Origin: Octopus vulgaris
Taxonomy: Eukaryota
DNA length: 64,000 nt
Direction of reading: 5' to 3'
Assembly: GCA_951406725.2 (NCBI GenBank)
Contig: OX597815.1
Span: forward strand, 171,802,001-171,866,000
Part shown: piece by piece, positions 35,825-46,200 of the stretch
Position numbering within the stretch: position 1 is the first letter of the stretch
Layout of the letters: each line of letters opens with the position of its first letter
Notes under the pieces: model-generated
The model's input: only the letters and a program-made list of their open reading frames with translations
Database searches by the model: none
Told to the model about the DNA's origin: nothing
Program-made: the position numbers and the translations under genes

Positions 35825-37517
35825 GTATGTATGTGTGTGTGTGTGTATGTGTGTGTGTGTATGCTTGTGTGTCGGTGTTTGTCCCCCAACATTGGTTGAC
35901 AAGCAATGGTGGTGTGTTTACGTCCCCGTAACTTAGCGGTTTGGCAAAAGAGATCGATAGAATAAGTACTAGGCTTACAAAGAATAAGTCCTGGAATCGA
36001 TGTGCTCGACTAAAGGCGGTGCTCCAGCATAGCTGCAGTCAAATGACTGAAACAAGTAAAAAAGTAATGAAAAGCAGATGTTAAATGATGATGATGTTTA
36101 TGCTTTGAGTTTAAGTTTCATCAGGGTTGAACCGTCTGATATATATAGGCTAAACACTTATGTGCTGAGGGTGCCAGTGTACTCCATCTCTGAATTCAAA
36201 AGTTGATGTCTCATCAGGCAATAATGCAGCCCTCTCGGTATTTCAGCCCCTTCCACTATGACACCAGAGCTGCTGGAACCCCCCCCCCCAATATTGACAA
36301 CTAAAATTCCACACAACAGCATAGAGTATCATCATCCGGTCTATTTTCTGTAAAGTGGTGTAGTTACTACAGAGAAAATGTAGGGAAAACTATGATAAAC
36401 ATGCAGTTTATATAATTTGTATATATAATAGATGCAGGTTATATAATTTGTCTGTTATGTACTTTTTGCCATCATGGTTATTTACATCCTCTGCAGTGGG
36501 TGTTCATAGTGCAATTGAATACTGAATTATAACAGTTCTTTAATGGAACACTTTATTACATTATGTGTGGCATAATGGATAATGTGTCTGATTAAAGATC
36601 AAAAGATTCCAGGTTCAAATCCTAGCAAGCTTGTATGTTTATATAAATATATGTATACGCATCATGATGATCTTGCATAACTTATTTTATTTTTAGGTAT
36701 GCATACCTGTATATGTATGTGTCCATGTCCAAGTACGTGAATGTTGATATTCCAGATATTTGCTTTTCATTGCCTGAGCAAAATACTGATGTGATGTTTA
36801 CATTCCCATACTTGAAAAAATATAGTTAAGAGTTGGTAATGTGAATGGGGTCTAGCTCAAAAATGCTGCCTTAAATAAATTTCAAGCATCTAAAAACAAA
36901 AGTAAAATGACAAACCAGTATATGATTCATATAAAACTGAGGCCTTCTGCTTGTGTTAAGAGTTAGTATTTAGTAATGAAAGGGCAGAAATAGGGATGCA
37001 TTATTTAGTTATTTCATTCTATGTTATTCTGTTCAAATTTAATCAAGTAGGAACAAGTATAGATGTGTGGTTAAGAAACTCACTTTGCAGCTATGTGGTT
37101 TTGGGCTCGGTTCCACAGCATAGCAACTGAAGCAAGTGTTTTCTACTATAGCCCCAAAATGAGCAATGCCTTGTGAGTAAATTTGGTAAATGAAAACTGT
37201 CTTGAAGCCCATCATGCGTATGTGAGTGTGTATTGGCAAAAGTTAGACTTGAGTTACACTAGGAACCAAGGTAGTAAAATATAACCCTCTCCTAGAGAAT
37301 TATAGCCTTGTGTTACTGTAACAAATATATTACAATTATATATCTCTTTTTTCCTTTTTTTTCAGGTAAACTAAAAGACACCTTTGTCTTATATGATTAT
37401 ACATTTTACTTCTCTTCTGCTGTAATTTTCATTGGCGCTTGTCTTTTATTGATAAGCAATATCATATACTATTATCGATTAAAGCAAGCATCTGCAACCA
37501 CGAACGAGGATTCCTAA
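9335..37517 (+). CDS. Monocarboxylate transporter (SLC16/MCT family, MCT12-like), 7 coding exons, 529 aa
   Basis: Exon lengths 151+117+144+262+525+239+152=1590 nt form one open frame with GT-AG introns. MCT signatures are present: PDGGWGW (TM1), [16 protein letters not shown] (TM4-5 loop), LFDCTLLKD (before TM7), TDIISR (TM8 D/R pair), [13 protein letters not shown] and GPP (TM10-11). The in-frame stop TGA at 9314 upstream supports ATG 9335. Confidence 0.95.
10010..10290 (+). mobile_element. RTE LINE 3'-UTR fragment with (GAT)n tail
   Basis: Matches the 3' end of the RTE at about 22290-22580 (gtgccggtggcacgtaaaaagcacc ... ggacgttaaacgatgatgat). Confidence 0.85.
11279..11620 (+). mobile_element. 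SINE family A, 5'-truncated
   Basis: Matches family A body and tail. Confidence 0.85.
11728..11948. mobile_element. piggyBac-like MITE (TTAA-CCCTTTAG...CTAAAGGG-TTAA); further copies at 27532-27727 and 48784-49004
   Basis: TTAA at 11724-11727 and 11949-11952, short TIRs, and three about 220-bp homologous copies in the window. Confidence 0.8.
12255..12371 (+). CDS. MCT coding exon 2 ([15 protein letters not shown]...[15 protein letters not shown])
   Basis: Acceptor ttctctttgaaaag, donor gtatgt, 117 nt, phase 1-1, TAW motif of TM2. Confidence 0.92.
12985..13230. repeat. Fold-back inverted repeat (about 110-bp arms, about 19-nt loop) within (TA)n
   Basis: 12985-13097 is reverse-complementary to 13117-13230 with about 2 mismatches. 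Confidence 0.92.
13260..14114 (+). mobile_element. RTE-related non-coding element: C-rich 5' part plus RTE 3'UTR and (GAT)n tail
   Basis: 13800-14114 is homologous to the RTE 3'UTR. The upstream CpG/C-rich block is contiguous, but its assignment to the element is inferred. Confidence 0.55.
14163..14695 (+). mobile_element. Tandem cluster of SINE family B copies and fragments
   Basis: Repeated tttgcctttcatc...aagtacca...gtaatcgact modules. Confidence 0.75.
14977..15485 (+). mobile_element. SINE family A, full length with expanded microsatellite
   Basis: Family A head, body and tail. Confidence 0.85.
16031..16435 (-). mobile_element. SINE family A, full length
   Basis: Reverse complement of family A, head ggcgcaggagtggctgtgtggtaag. 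Confidence 0.88.
17591..18280 (+). mobile_element. Internally deleted mariner transposon (transposase pseudogene)
   Basis: TIRs tgatggggtaccccaaagtaaccaga / ttccagtttcttttgggtgccccctca-TA. Encodes [36 protein letters not shown] (mariner N-terminal HTH). Confidence 0.85.
20518..20661 (+). CDS. MCT coding exon 3 ([21 protein letters not shown]...YSFLG)
   Basis: Acceptor tttttcag, donor gtgagt, 144 nt, phase 1-1, MFS loop 2-3 motif. Not present in the ORF track. Confidence 0.92.
20706..20902 (+). mobile_element. Mariner-derived MITE; a complete copy in the opposite orientation lies at 62520-62736
   Basis: TIR gggtgctgaaaagttcctggctt; retains the transposase C-terminus-like [10 protein letters not shown]. 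Confidence 0.75.
20951..22580 (+). mobile_element. 5'-truncated RTE-clade LINE: RT C-terminal ORF (20951-21871), 3'UTR, (GAT)n tail
   Basis: Uninterrupted frame: [41 protein letters not shown]. Inserted in (TA)n. Confidence 0.92.
21943..22248 (+). repeat. Three tandem 98-bp units in the RTE 3'UTR
   Basis: Units start at 21943, 22041 and 22139 (aaaactct.cttgtgaagac...ggcatgt). Confidence 0.9.
22664..23556 (-). mobile_element. Mariner transposon, internally deleted, both TIRs and TA TSD
   Basis: TIRs (t/c)gagggggtacc.caaaa. Translated remnants [29 protein letters not shown] and C-terminal [11 protein letters not shown]. Same family as 17591-18280. Confidence 0.9.
24420..24850. repeat. Degenerate (CA)/(TGCA) minisatellite with about 153-bp higher-order unit
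   Basis: atg(c/t)ccacatttgcatacacatgtgcac recurs at about 24469, 24622 and 24773. Confidence 0.8.
25915..26380 (-). mobile_element. RTE LINE remnant with internal deletion
   Basis: ORF 26035-26376 is homologous to the RTE at 20951 ([21 protein letters not shown]) and is joined directly to the distal 3'UTR and (GAT)n tail. Confidence 0.85.
26405..27350 (+). mobile_element. CR1-like LINE reverse transcriptase pseudogene
   Basis: [43 protein letters not shown] and YADDTK, with stops and frameshifts. Confidence 0.88.
27757..28018 (+). CDS. MCT coding exon 4 ([28 protein letters not shown]...LYRP)
   Basis: Acceptor ttttctcttgaag, donor gtttgt, 262 nt, contains the MCT signature motif. Confidence 0.93.
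28080..28270. repeat. (ATC)n/(CAT)n trinucleotide array
   Basis: Directly visible; source of the poly-Met and poly-Ile ORFs. Confidence 0.9.
29115..29400 (-). mobile_element. RTE 3'-UTR fragment
   Basis: Reverse complement of the RTE tail, starting (cat)n-cgtttaacgtcc. Confidence 0.85.
29549..30073 (+). CDS. MCT coding exon 5 (central cytoplasmic loop, TM7-8)
   Basis: Poly-T acceptor ending 29548, donor gttagt at 30074, 525 nt open, encodes LFDCTLLKD and ITDIISR. Confidence 0.92.
30111..30294 (-). mobile_element. Non-coding retroposon inserted in (TAA)n; longer copy at 50365-50890
   Basis: Both copies share the end gagtg.g.gagcagtgcatgccatcaaagtgacactgg abutting (ATT)n and differ in length at the other end. 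Confidence 0.75.
30333..31475 (+). mobile_element. Head-to-tail cluster of four SINE family B copies separated by (ATT)n
   Basis: Copies at about 30333-30553, 30798-31011, 31049-31245 and 31258-31475. Confidence 0.85.
30584..30763 (-). mobile_element. 3' end of a Dong/R4-type non-LTR retrotransposon in (TAA)n
   Basis: The minus strand 30743-30681 reads [20 protein letters not shown], a C-terminus typical of RLE-type elements. (ATT)n lies on both sides. Confidence 0.7.
32950..33371 (-). mobile_element. SINE family A, full length
   Basis: Reverse complement of family A. Confidence 0.87.
34211..34578 (-). mobile_element. GC-rich non-autonomous RTE-like short element with (CAAGTA)n tail
   Basis: The minus-strand 5' part (caccgtggtgggg...gagctatgccgtcggga...cctggtagggccaccc) resembles RTE/Expander 5'UTRs. 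Tandem tail and imperfect TSD ttgttaact/ttgctaact. Confidence 0.55.
34823..35061 (+). CDS. MCT coding exon 6 (TM9-11)
   Basis: Acceptor tttacag, donor gtatgt, 239 nt, encodes [14 protein letters not shown]...GALIGPPIE. Confidence 0.93.
35600..36063 (+). mobile_element. SINE family A, full length
   Basis: Family A head, microsatellite and tail. Confidence 0.87.
36561..36633 (+). pseudogene. Decayed tRNA-Arg(ACG)-derived pseudogene
   Basis: gtggcataatggataatgtgtctgattaaagatcaaaagattccaggttcaaatcctagcaagcttg is colinear with metazoan tRNA-Arg-ACG (GTGGCGCAATGGATAACGCGTCTGACTACGGATCAGAAGATTCCAGGTTCGACTCCTGGC, recalled from memory). Anticodon and stems are mutated. Confidence 0.7.
37366..37517 (+). 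CDS. MCT coding exon 7 (TM12, C-terminus, TAA)
   Basis: Long polypyrimidine acceptor ending 37365; encodes [18 protein letters not shown]...NEDS*. Confidence 0.92.
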
Positions 37518-38261
37518 TAGCAGTAATAGTAAATGTTCCATTTTATCGAAACTGTTCATTTTAACCATAAGCTCTGAGGAAGCTATTCGATGATGCACAA
37601 ACACTCAACTCTGAGTGCACAACATCTTGTAGCAGAAACAGATGTGAGCTAATGAAGTTGATTACATAATTCCTGACCCCTTGTCATATATTTAATTTCA
37701 TAAAGCGACTGATATACTTTATTGTTTAAAAAAATGTGTGAACAGTATTACAGTATTTTGTAGTACATTTTGTTACCCTGTAATTACCAACATTACTATT
37801 TTCCCTTTTAGATACAGACAATGGTCTGTTTCATGATGTACATATGATGAACAAAAGAACTTTGTGCCTTATAAAAACTATGTATTTATTTAGTCATTTT
37901 GTAATGTCCAGTTTTGTTACAAAGCTCCACATACTATTTAAGTCTTTTTTTTTTATATACGTTCAAATGTAAGAAATATTTTTAATGCGTTTAATCTAAA
38001 AACAAAAAACAATCAAGTATTTTTAAGTTTTATTTTTATTGCTATTTTATTACATACAGAAAAACTTATTTATATCATTTCTAAACATCCTGCTACCATA
38101 AAAAGTAATAATTGCAGGTGTTTATTATTACCAGATTACCGGCATAATGCCCCCCACCCCAAGGTTCAGTATTATTATGTTTTGTTGATTTTGAATGTTT
38201 TTTTTGTTGTTGTTTTGTCTGTTATACAAAATTAGTCCATCAATTATGACTCCATATATAT

Positions 38262-38431
38262 AGGAGTGGCTGTGTGGTAAGTAGCTTGCTTACAAACCAC
38301 ATGGTTCTGGGTTCAGTCCCACTGCGTGGCACCTTGGGCAGGTGTCTTCTACTATAGCCTCGGGCCGACCAATGCCTTGTGAGTGGATTTGGTAGACGGA
38401 AACTGAAAGAAGCCCGTCGTATATATGTATG

Positions 38432-38490
<59 letters not shown>

Positions 38491-38697
38491 ATATGTTTGT
38501 GTGTCTGTGTTTGTCCCCCCAACATCGCTTGACAACCGATGCTGGTGTGCTTACGTCCCCGTAACTTAGCAGTTTGGCAAAAGAGACTGATAGAATAAGT
38601 ACTAGGCTTACAAAGAATAAGTCCTGGGGTCGATTTCCTCAACTAAAGGTGGTGCTCCAGCATGGCTGCAGTCAAATGACTGAAACAGGTAAAAGAG
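38262..38697 (+). mobile_element. SINE family A, full length (downstream of stop codon, possibly in 3'UTR)
   Basis: Family A consensus. Confidence 0.87.
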
Positions 38698-39003
38698 TAT
38701 GTGTGTGTGTGTGTTTAGTGGAGTCCACTCTGTTGCAAGCATTCAGGCCAGGTCCTGGTTTGAAGATATCTCTATCCCCTTCCTCCCACCAATTAACTGT
38801 AGTCTCTCTTGACTGAAAGATAAACTCAGTCCTGCATTGTGAAAATATGACATTTCTGATTTGATTTTATAACCAGTGATGAAATAACCAGTTGCAATGA
38901 GTCTTGAATGAACAAATACCAAATACTCACTCAACTCCCTGACACCAAATATTAGTGAATTCTTTTTTTTATTGTTTTTGTCTCCCACTCTATATCAATG
39001 AAA

Positions 39004-39316
39004 GTGAAGGCACATGGCTTAGTGGTTAGGGGCATTCAGCTCACGATCGTAAGGTCATGAGTTCAATTCTCAGCAGTGCACTGTATCCTTGAGCAAGACA
39101 CTTTATTTCATGTTGCACCAGTCCACTCAGCTGTCAAAAATGAGTAGTACCTGTATTTCAAAGGACCATACTGAATCTCCTGGAGAATTAATTATGTTAA
39201 GGGGTTCTAAGTGTCTGTGGAGTGCTCAGCCACTTGCACATTAGTTTCACAAGCAGGCTGTTCCAGTGATCAGATTAGCTGGAACCCTCGTAGTTGTAAT
39301 CAATAGAGTGCCAGTT
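39004..39316 (+). mobile_element. tRNA-derived SINE family C (CORE-like gtgtccttgagcaagacact) with 13-bp TSD
   Basis: TSD tatatcaatgaaa at 38991-39003 and 39317-39329; A- and B-box-like head. Confidence 0.85.
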
Positions 39317-40517
39317 TATATCAATGAAAAAGCAAAAGAATTTGTATCCATATATATTTTCTTTCTTTGCCATGATGCTGGACAAGTCTCATAAAAGTTT
39401 TAAAATAACTGTATCTTTACTAAATATGGCAATTTGCCTGTTCCCATCTCTATGAAAAAAGCATTGGTCTGTTGGATCTTTATGTTTTGACTACAATCTG
39501 AAATTTGTAATTTACACTTATTTTGTTATTATTTTTTAGCTCCAAGTAAACTTTGTATGAACAAACTTATGATCAAACGCATTCCAGCCATAACCATCCT
39601 GTGTCTCTTTTTAGAAGTGCATTTAAAAATGTTATTCAATGTCTCCTTCCTTTTTAAAACCCTTTTGTTATCAACCCATCTGAGACGGCTTCTGGTTCTA
39701 TGATACAAACTTCTTTTTTTTTTAATTTTCCAAGTTAAAATTTTCCATCAAAATTTGTTCCAGACATCAACTTAATAATTACAAAGTATTTTACTAACTT
39801 ATTATTTTCAAAATTCATTGAAACAAAGGTGGTGTGTTTCAACAGAAGCATGATAACAAAAGGGTTATGATAGTAGGTTGTGATTTAATGGAAATATGGA
39901 TGCTATTTTTAGCAGATCATTTGCCCCTTCTCCCCATAAAGGTACTCCCATTGGTTTACCTTTATTGTTTCACTTTTGTGGTGCTTAGTTCCAGATATTG
40001 ATTCCAGTTGACCCAAATCCTATTAACATATCTTGATATCTATTTAACATATCTTTATAGCTCTAAAAAAATATTTTGTAATTTTACAAGAGTCAAAAGA
40101 TTTAAATTGGTGAACCCTGAAAATATAGCATGTGAATACAAAAAGATAAAATATAGGCACAAGAAATCACTGTTACTTTTTTTAGGGCCCTTCTGAGAAA
40201 GTTCTGTATAGAAACTGTAATATGTCTGCTAATACTGCATTGAAATTGTAAACATTGTTATGACTCTAAGCACTTAGGTTTTGTTCATTTTTTTTTTTAT
40301 TATACATACGTATTGTTATTGCATTTAAATATAAAACAGGCAATTTTCATTTGCAGTTTAAAACTTGTTTGATTTTCAAAACGTATATTTTGTCATGCAG
40401 AAGTTACATTATGAAAATAAAATATTTTCTGTATAAAATATTGAAATATGTTCTAACATCAAGATTTTTAATGAAAATGGACTCTTAAATTTTCCTAAAT
40501 AGAGAGAGAGAGAGAGA

Positions 40518-40554
<37 letters not shown>

Positions 40555-40906
40555 TGAGTGTGTGCATGCATGTGTGTACATGCATGTATGCATGCGTGCA
40601 TGTTTGTTATTGGTTAGTTGTCCAGAAGTCAGAAAGAAAGCACTCTAAAAGAGAAATTGAGCCATTATACTTTTGTATTGTTGAATAGTATATTACTGGC
40701 TCTTGCAGTTACTGACTGTTATCTGCCATCAATTGCACATAGCAATAATGATGACTCTTCACTTATATTGGCCAGAAACACATAGCTCCTTTTACCTAAG
40801 TGCTTCTGGCCTACATGTCCCGAGAGTCATCAATACTGCCAAGTGCAATTTCTGACTGGTTGGTTATATGCCATAGCCAAGAAAATATTAATTAACAATA
40901 CAAAAG

Positions 40907-40947
<41 letters not shown>

Positions 40948-40982
40948 AAGGTGTACGTACGCTGCTATATATACATGTATGA

Positions 40983-41188
40983 AAATACAAAATGGGACAA
41001 GAACACAACACATTCAAATAGACGATACAAAAAACACAGACAGGTCATTTGAAGCCTCTAATCTTCAGTCAAGAACCGGTGCGAGGATGATCTGGTTCTT
41101 GACTGAAGATTAGAGGCTTTGAATGACCCTTCCGTGTTTTTTGTATCGTCTATTTGAATGTTTTGTGTTCTTGTCCCATTTTGTATTT
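40983..41188. repeat. Fold-back inverted repeat, 95-bp arms, 16-nt loop
   Basis: 40983-41077 versus 41094-41188, about 6 mismatches, flanked by (TA)n. Confidence 0.92.
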
Positions 41189-41270
41189 ATTTATATATAT
41201 ATATGTATGTATATATATATATCACAAAAAAAAATTATTTTATTCCACACAGGTAGAAATATAGAAAAAA

Positions 41271-41491
41271 GAAGTTGAAAATGCATGGCATTCATTTAGA
41301 TTTTCTATTTTTGAAATTCTTAAAGATTTAACCAGTTTCACAGATTTCTCTGTCTTGCAAGACTGCTGCAACATGGCTCCACATCTTTCTGTCTCAACTT
41401 TTGAAAATCCAAGAAATTTGTGAAACCAGTGAAGTCTTTAAAAATTTTTAAATAAAAAAATTTAAACGAATCCCAGTGCATGTTCAACTTC
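41271..41491. repeat. Older imperfect inverted repeat (about 80-bp arms), MITE-like
   Basis: gaagttgaaaatgca...tttcacagatttct versus agaaatttgtgaaa...tgcatgttcaacttc. Confidence 0.7.
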
Positions 41492-41510
41492 TATCTAATA
41501 TACATACACA

Positions 41511-41576
<66 letters not shown>

Positions 41577-42658
41577 TACATATATATATAAGAAATTAAA
41601 AAAGGAAAATACACACACTTTACATAGTTTTAATATAATTTTTAATATTAAAACTATGTAAAGTATGTGTATTTTCCTTTTTTTAATTTCTTATATATAT
41701 TACAACTCACCACATGGGGATAATCGAAATTCCTCTTTTTCTGTTACTATATATATATATACATACTCACACACATTGATACATACATACATTCATGCGT
41801 GTGGGTGTGTGTACACATGTGGCTTAGTGGTTATGGTGTTGCACCCATGCTTTGTAGTGCACCTGAGCACTGTACACAATTATTATTATTATTATTATTA
41901 TTATGATTGTAAGATTGTGGTTTTGATTCCTGGACCAGATGATGTGTTGTGTTCTTGAGTAAAAATAATTCATTTCATGTTTCTCCAGTTCACTCAGCAA
42001 AAATAAATAACCCTGCAACAGACCAGTATCCTGTCCAGGGAGTAATATATATATACTACAGGATTCAGGAAACTAGCTTTGGCTCAGAAAGGGCCATTGA
42101 TACTTTTTTGTTATGTGTGTGTATGCATTTAATTCTCTGGCATTTAATTGTCTGACAAAATATACATTCTGTTTTGCGTATAGCTCATTGGGAACTAAGG
42201 AACAAAAGTTTATTGAAAGCTAATTTATATTATATGGCAAAAAGGAAAGAAGGGGAAAATATGGTACACAATGAAAATCATATATAAACACATATTTTGT
42301 CAGGCAACTGAATGTGGATTAAATATCTTTTATTCATGTTCAGACTTATCGTTGAGTACTTTATTCTGAGTGGCTGGGTATAGCTTCTTTTTAGAATAAT
42401 ATACATACAGACAGACAAATATATGCATAAATTTTCTCTCTGAGTGTGAATGACATTATCATTATCTTTATCATCATCATTGTTTAACATCTGTTTTCCA
42501 TGCTGACATGGGTTGGATAGTTCGACAGGAGCTGGCAAGCCAGAGGACTGAATCAAGCTCCAATATCTGCTTTGGCATGATTTCTGTGACTGGATGCTCT
42601 CCCTAATGCTAACCACTTTACAAAGTGTATAGTTTAGGTTAATATTATTTAATCAGTT

Positions 42659-43092
42659 AAGGTAGTGAGCTAGCAGAATTATTTGCACACAGGGTGAAAT
42701 GCTTAGTGGCTTTTCATCCATATTCATGTTCTGAGTTCAAATTCCACCAAGGTCAATTTTGCTTTTTATCCCTTCAGGGTCAATAAAACAGTACCAGCTG
42801 AGGACTGGGGTCAATGTCATCAATTTTGCTACTCCCTCAAAAACTGCTAGCCTTGTGCCAAAATTTGAAATCATCGTTTAACACAGTGAACTGGTAGGAT
42901 CATTAGCACACCAGGCAAAATGATTAGTGGCATTTCATCTCTATTCACATTCTGAGTTCAAATTCCACCGAGGTCAACTCTGCCTTCAACCCTTTTTGGG
43001 TCAATGAAATAAGTACCAGTAAAACACTGGGGTCGATGTAATCAACATACCTCCTCCCCCAAAATTACTGGCCTTGTTCCAAAATTTGAAAT
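42659..43092 (+). mobile_element. Two tandem SINE family B copies
   Basis: Family B consensus twice, head to tail. Confidence 0.8.
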
Positions 43093-44335
43093 AATTATTT
43101 TGACATTCTTCACATTGGTCTAGAATTAACAGTATTAGAATTATTGTACTCCCATATCATAAAAAGCCTACCATTGGAATGAAGAAATTTGTCTTTCAAC
43201 ACCGGACATTTAAATACACTCCTGACACTTTTGATTTCATAAATTAATTTGACCTTTGTTTCAACTTGCAAATCTACCCATCTACGATGGAGGCATAAAA
43301 TGAGGAAGAGAATTCATAACAGCAGTATGTATTGAGAAATGTGTAAATGGATTTGATAGATTACTGGGTGATGTCTTAGAGAAATCATGTTATTGTTGGT
43401 GATACAGCATTCTATTGCAGCTATATGACATGTGTTTGCAACTAAGTGACATGTAATGATTATTCACTCCTGAACTGAAATAGACTCCCAGCCTCTGTAT
43501 CATGAATGGTTATGTGGATCACTCCTAACAAAAGCTAGAGCTTCCTTCAACCACTACATAAAAAGTATTAAGAAAAAGATGTTATTTAGATATACTTTTA
43601 TTTTAGTTGTTTACACTATTTTACGCTTGTTTATACTCTTACACATTCAAAGTTCACAAATTTCCTTATTTAAATTATGAATCATATTCCTTTCAATAAT
43701 ATCAATATGATTACAAAACTTCTTTGTAGACAATATTTTCTGTTTGGGCGACATTAATTTTCAAATAACTGGAGTCCATTGCTCTACTCATAGCAATGTA
43801 TAACTGGCTGTGGGTAAAAATACACCTTCACAATCTAAAGTTTGGCCTTGTGCCTTGTTTGCTGTGAATGCGTGAGCAGAATCTTTAAGGTTGCAAAAAA
43901 TCAAACTAAGACTTACCTCTCACTGTTCTATGTGAATAATGTCTGGATGTTCATTTCAGCGCCAAAAATTGCAAAGGGAAAATGCTTTAGTTTTTTCAAA
44001 TTTATTTTGCAATCTGGGATTATTATATATATTATATCCAGTGATTTTAAGAGGTACAAAAAGATATTTTAGTTTTAATATTATATTATTACTTCATTTC
44101 ACACATACATGAAAAAACTCTAACGTTTTTTTTTATCTTAGATGAACTTATCATTTGCTATCTCTCTACACACTTCGTTACCACTAACTTCTGTAGCCTC
44201 TGCATTTTCACTTATTCATTTTAAATTTCTTTGAATTTTCAATCTAATGTAATCCACACTCTCTTGAAAACGTATTTCTGCAAAATGTTATCTAAAATTA
44301 TGGGTAAAGAAAGAAATAGCAAAAAATATTTGAAA

Positions 44336-44886
44336 ATGGGGGTGGGGATGAAATTTCCATGGGTTCCACCCCACCCATATGCATATCAGGAGATCACCAG
44401 AATTCATTCAAGGATAAAAAAAAAATTTCCAATGTTTCCAGGATATGAAGGGGGGCCGGTTCCCCCCACCACACACATACTTTTTTCCCAACTAAAATAA
44501 GGGGTTTGCATTATATTAGGTCAGGGTACTTGATTCAAGCAAAAAATCCAAGTTTTTTTTCCTTAGTGAAAATCGCACAGGTGAAAAGATTAATGGGGGT
44601 GGGGATGAAATTTCTGAGGCTTCCACCTCACCCCACCCCATTTTCCAGACCCAAAAAAGGGTTTTGTAGTATAAAAGGAGGTTACTGGAATTCATTTAAT
44701 AAAAAAGAAAAAAAATTCCTATGATTCCAGGATATGGGGGGGGGGGTCCGGATCCCCCACTTTCTTTTCCAAACAAAAATAAGGGATTTACAGCATATTA
44801 GGAGGTCAGGGTACATGATTCATTCCATGCAATAAAATCGGAGTTTTTTTTTTTTTTGTTAGTGAAAATTGTGCAGGTGAAAGGAT
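44336..44886. repeat. Diverged tandem duplication (about 255-295-bp units)
   Basis: atgggggtggggatgaaatttc...ttagtgaaaat.g..caggtgaaa at 44336-44590 and 44593-44886. Confidence 0.75.
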
Positions 44887-46200
44887 CAAAATTTACCCAA
44901 AACTCAATATCCACTAAATAATCATACTTTCACACATTTTTTTTTTTTTCGCTAAAACACTTCTTGATTACTTCTTTCATAATGTCGAAAAACATGTGAC
45001 CATTGGTCCAGCTGTCTGAGTGTGAAAAGGGACAGATGGACATAACACCCAGCATAGTAAGATGTGTATGTGCAGACAAGATCAGCTGCACTCAGAAATT
45101 TTAATTCATTATTTCTTGACTTTATTAGTGTTTGAAAGCTCTCTCTAAAGAATTAGATTTAAATCTCATCATTCAATTCACTGTAATTTATCAGTTTGTC
45201 ACTTTTTTTGTGGTGGAGGGATGCTTGAGAAAATTTTCATGAAGAGATTTCAAGATATCTAGGTTTGTGAATGCAGTTGTCTAAGCATATTGGTTTTATT
45301 TCTCTTTTTCGCTGTAATGTTATTGATTTGGTTGCTATGCATGTCAGCAGTCCTCCATAGATATGACCCTGAATGCATACACCAAGAGTATGCTCTTCAC
45401 TGGTTGCTTTTGCATTTCAATGTTTCTTATTTTACTATTACACTTAGGTAGGTAGGGTGTGTGTGTGTGTGTGTGTGAGTTGTATATGACTAAAATAGTT
45501 GTTCTTCAATGTTAATATATTTAAAATTACATGTCTTTTTCCAATTTATTTGTTTACAACTCATCAGCACAAGCAAAGTGATATCATATCCACTCAAACC
45601 CATCACATCTCAATGTTTGTGTGTATGTGTGTGTGAGAGAGAGAGGTTGGGCAGAAAGAGTATGTGTGTGTTTCTGTGTATGTATTGTGCATGTGTGTGT
45701 GTTTGTGTGTGTATGAGAGAGAGAGAGAGAGAGAGAGAAAATTCCAAGTTTATGGGCATCCCCGCTCTGCTGCTCTTTAACTCACATAGTGAGATGACTG
45801 TAACATTTTCTTAAAACATTTAGCTGACATATTTTAGAAGATGTTTCTGAAGTAGAAGTAAATTTTTTCTACTATAGAAATGCAATTCTGTAAATTCTAG
45901 GAACATAGAATTAAGAAGTCTTAGATATGCATGCAATTAAACAAAGAAAACTTTACAATTGCTGAAATGCCCAGTGAAAACATCTGGTTGTACTTTCACA
46001 GTTTGAGCTGCTCCAAAACTACCTCTTATTTCAACTGGAAAAGTGTCTATGAAATTTTCTATGGCCAAATGCCCTTCTTGTTGCTAATCCTTTTCTGTTT
46101 CTCAGTAAGGTAATATTTCCTCAAGACCAGACATATTTTCACAGGACATCACTTGCATGATGGCGACACACATTTACAACTATCACACAATGTTAAGGAA

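Noticed and set aside
40414-40425. AATAAA as the transporter polyadenylation signal
   Set aside because: It is plausible for a 3'UTR of about 2.9 kb, but AATAAA is common in this AT-rich DNA and cannot be supported without transcripts.
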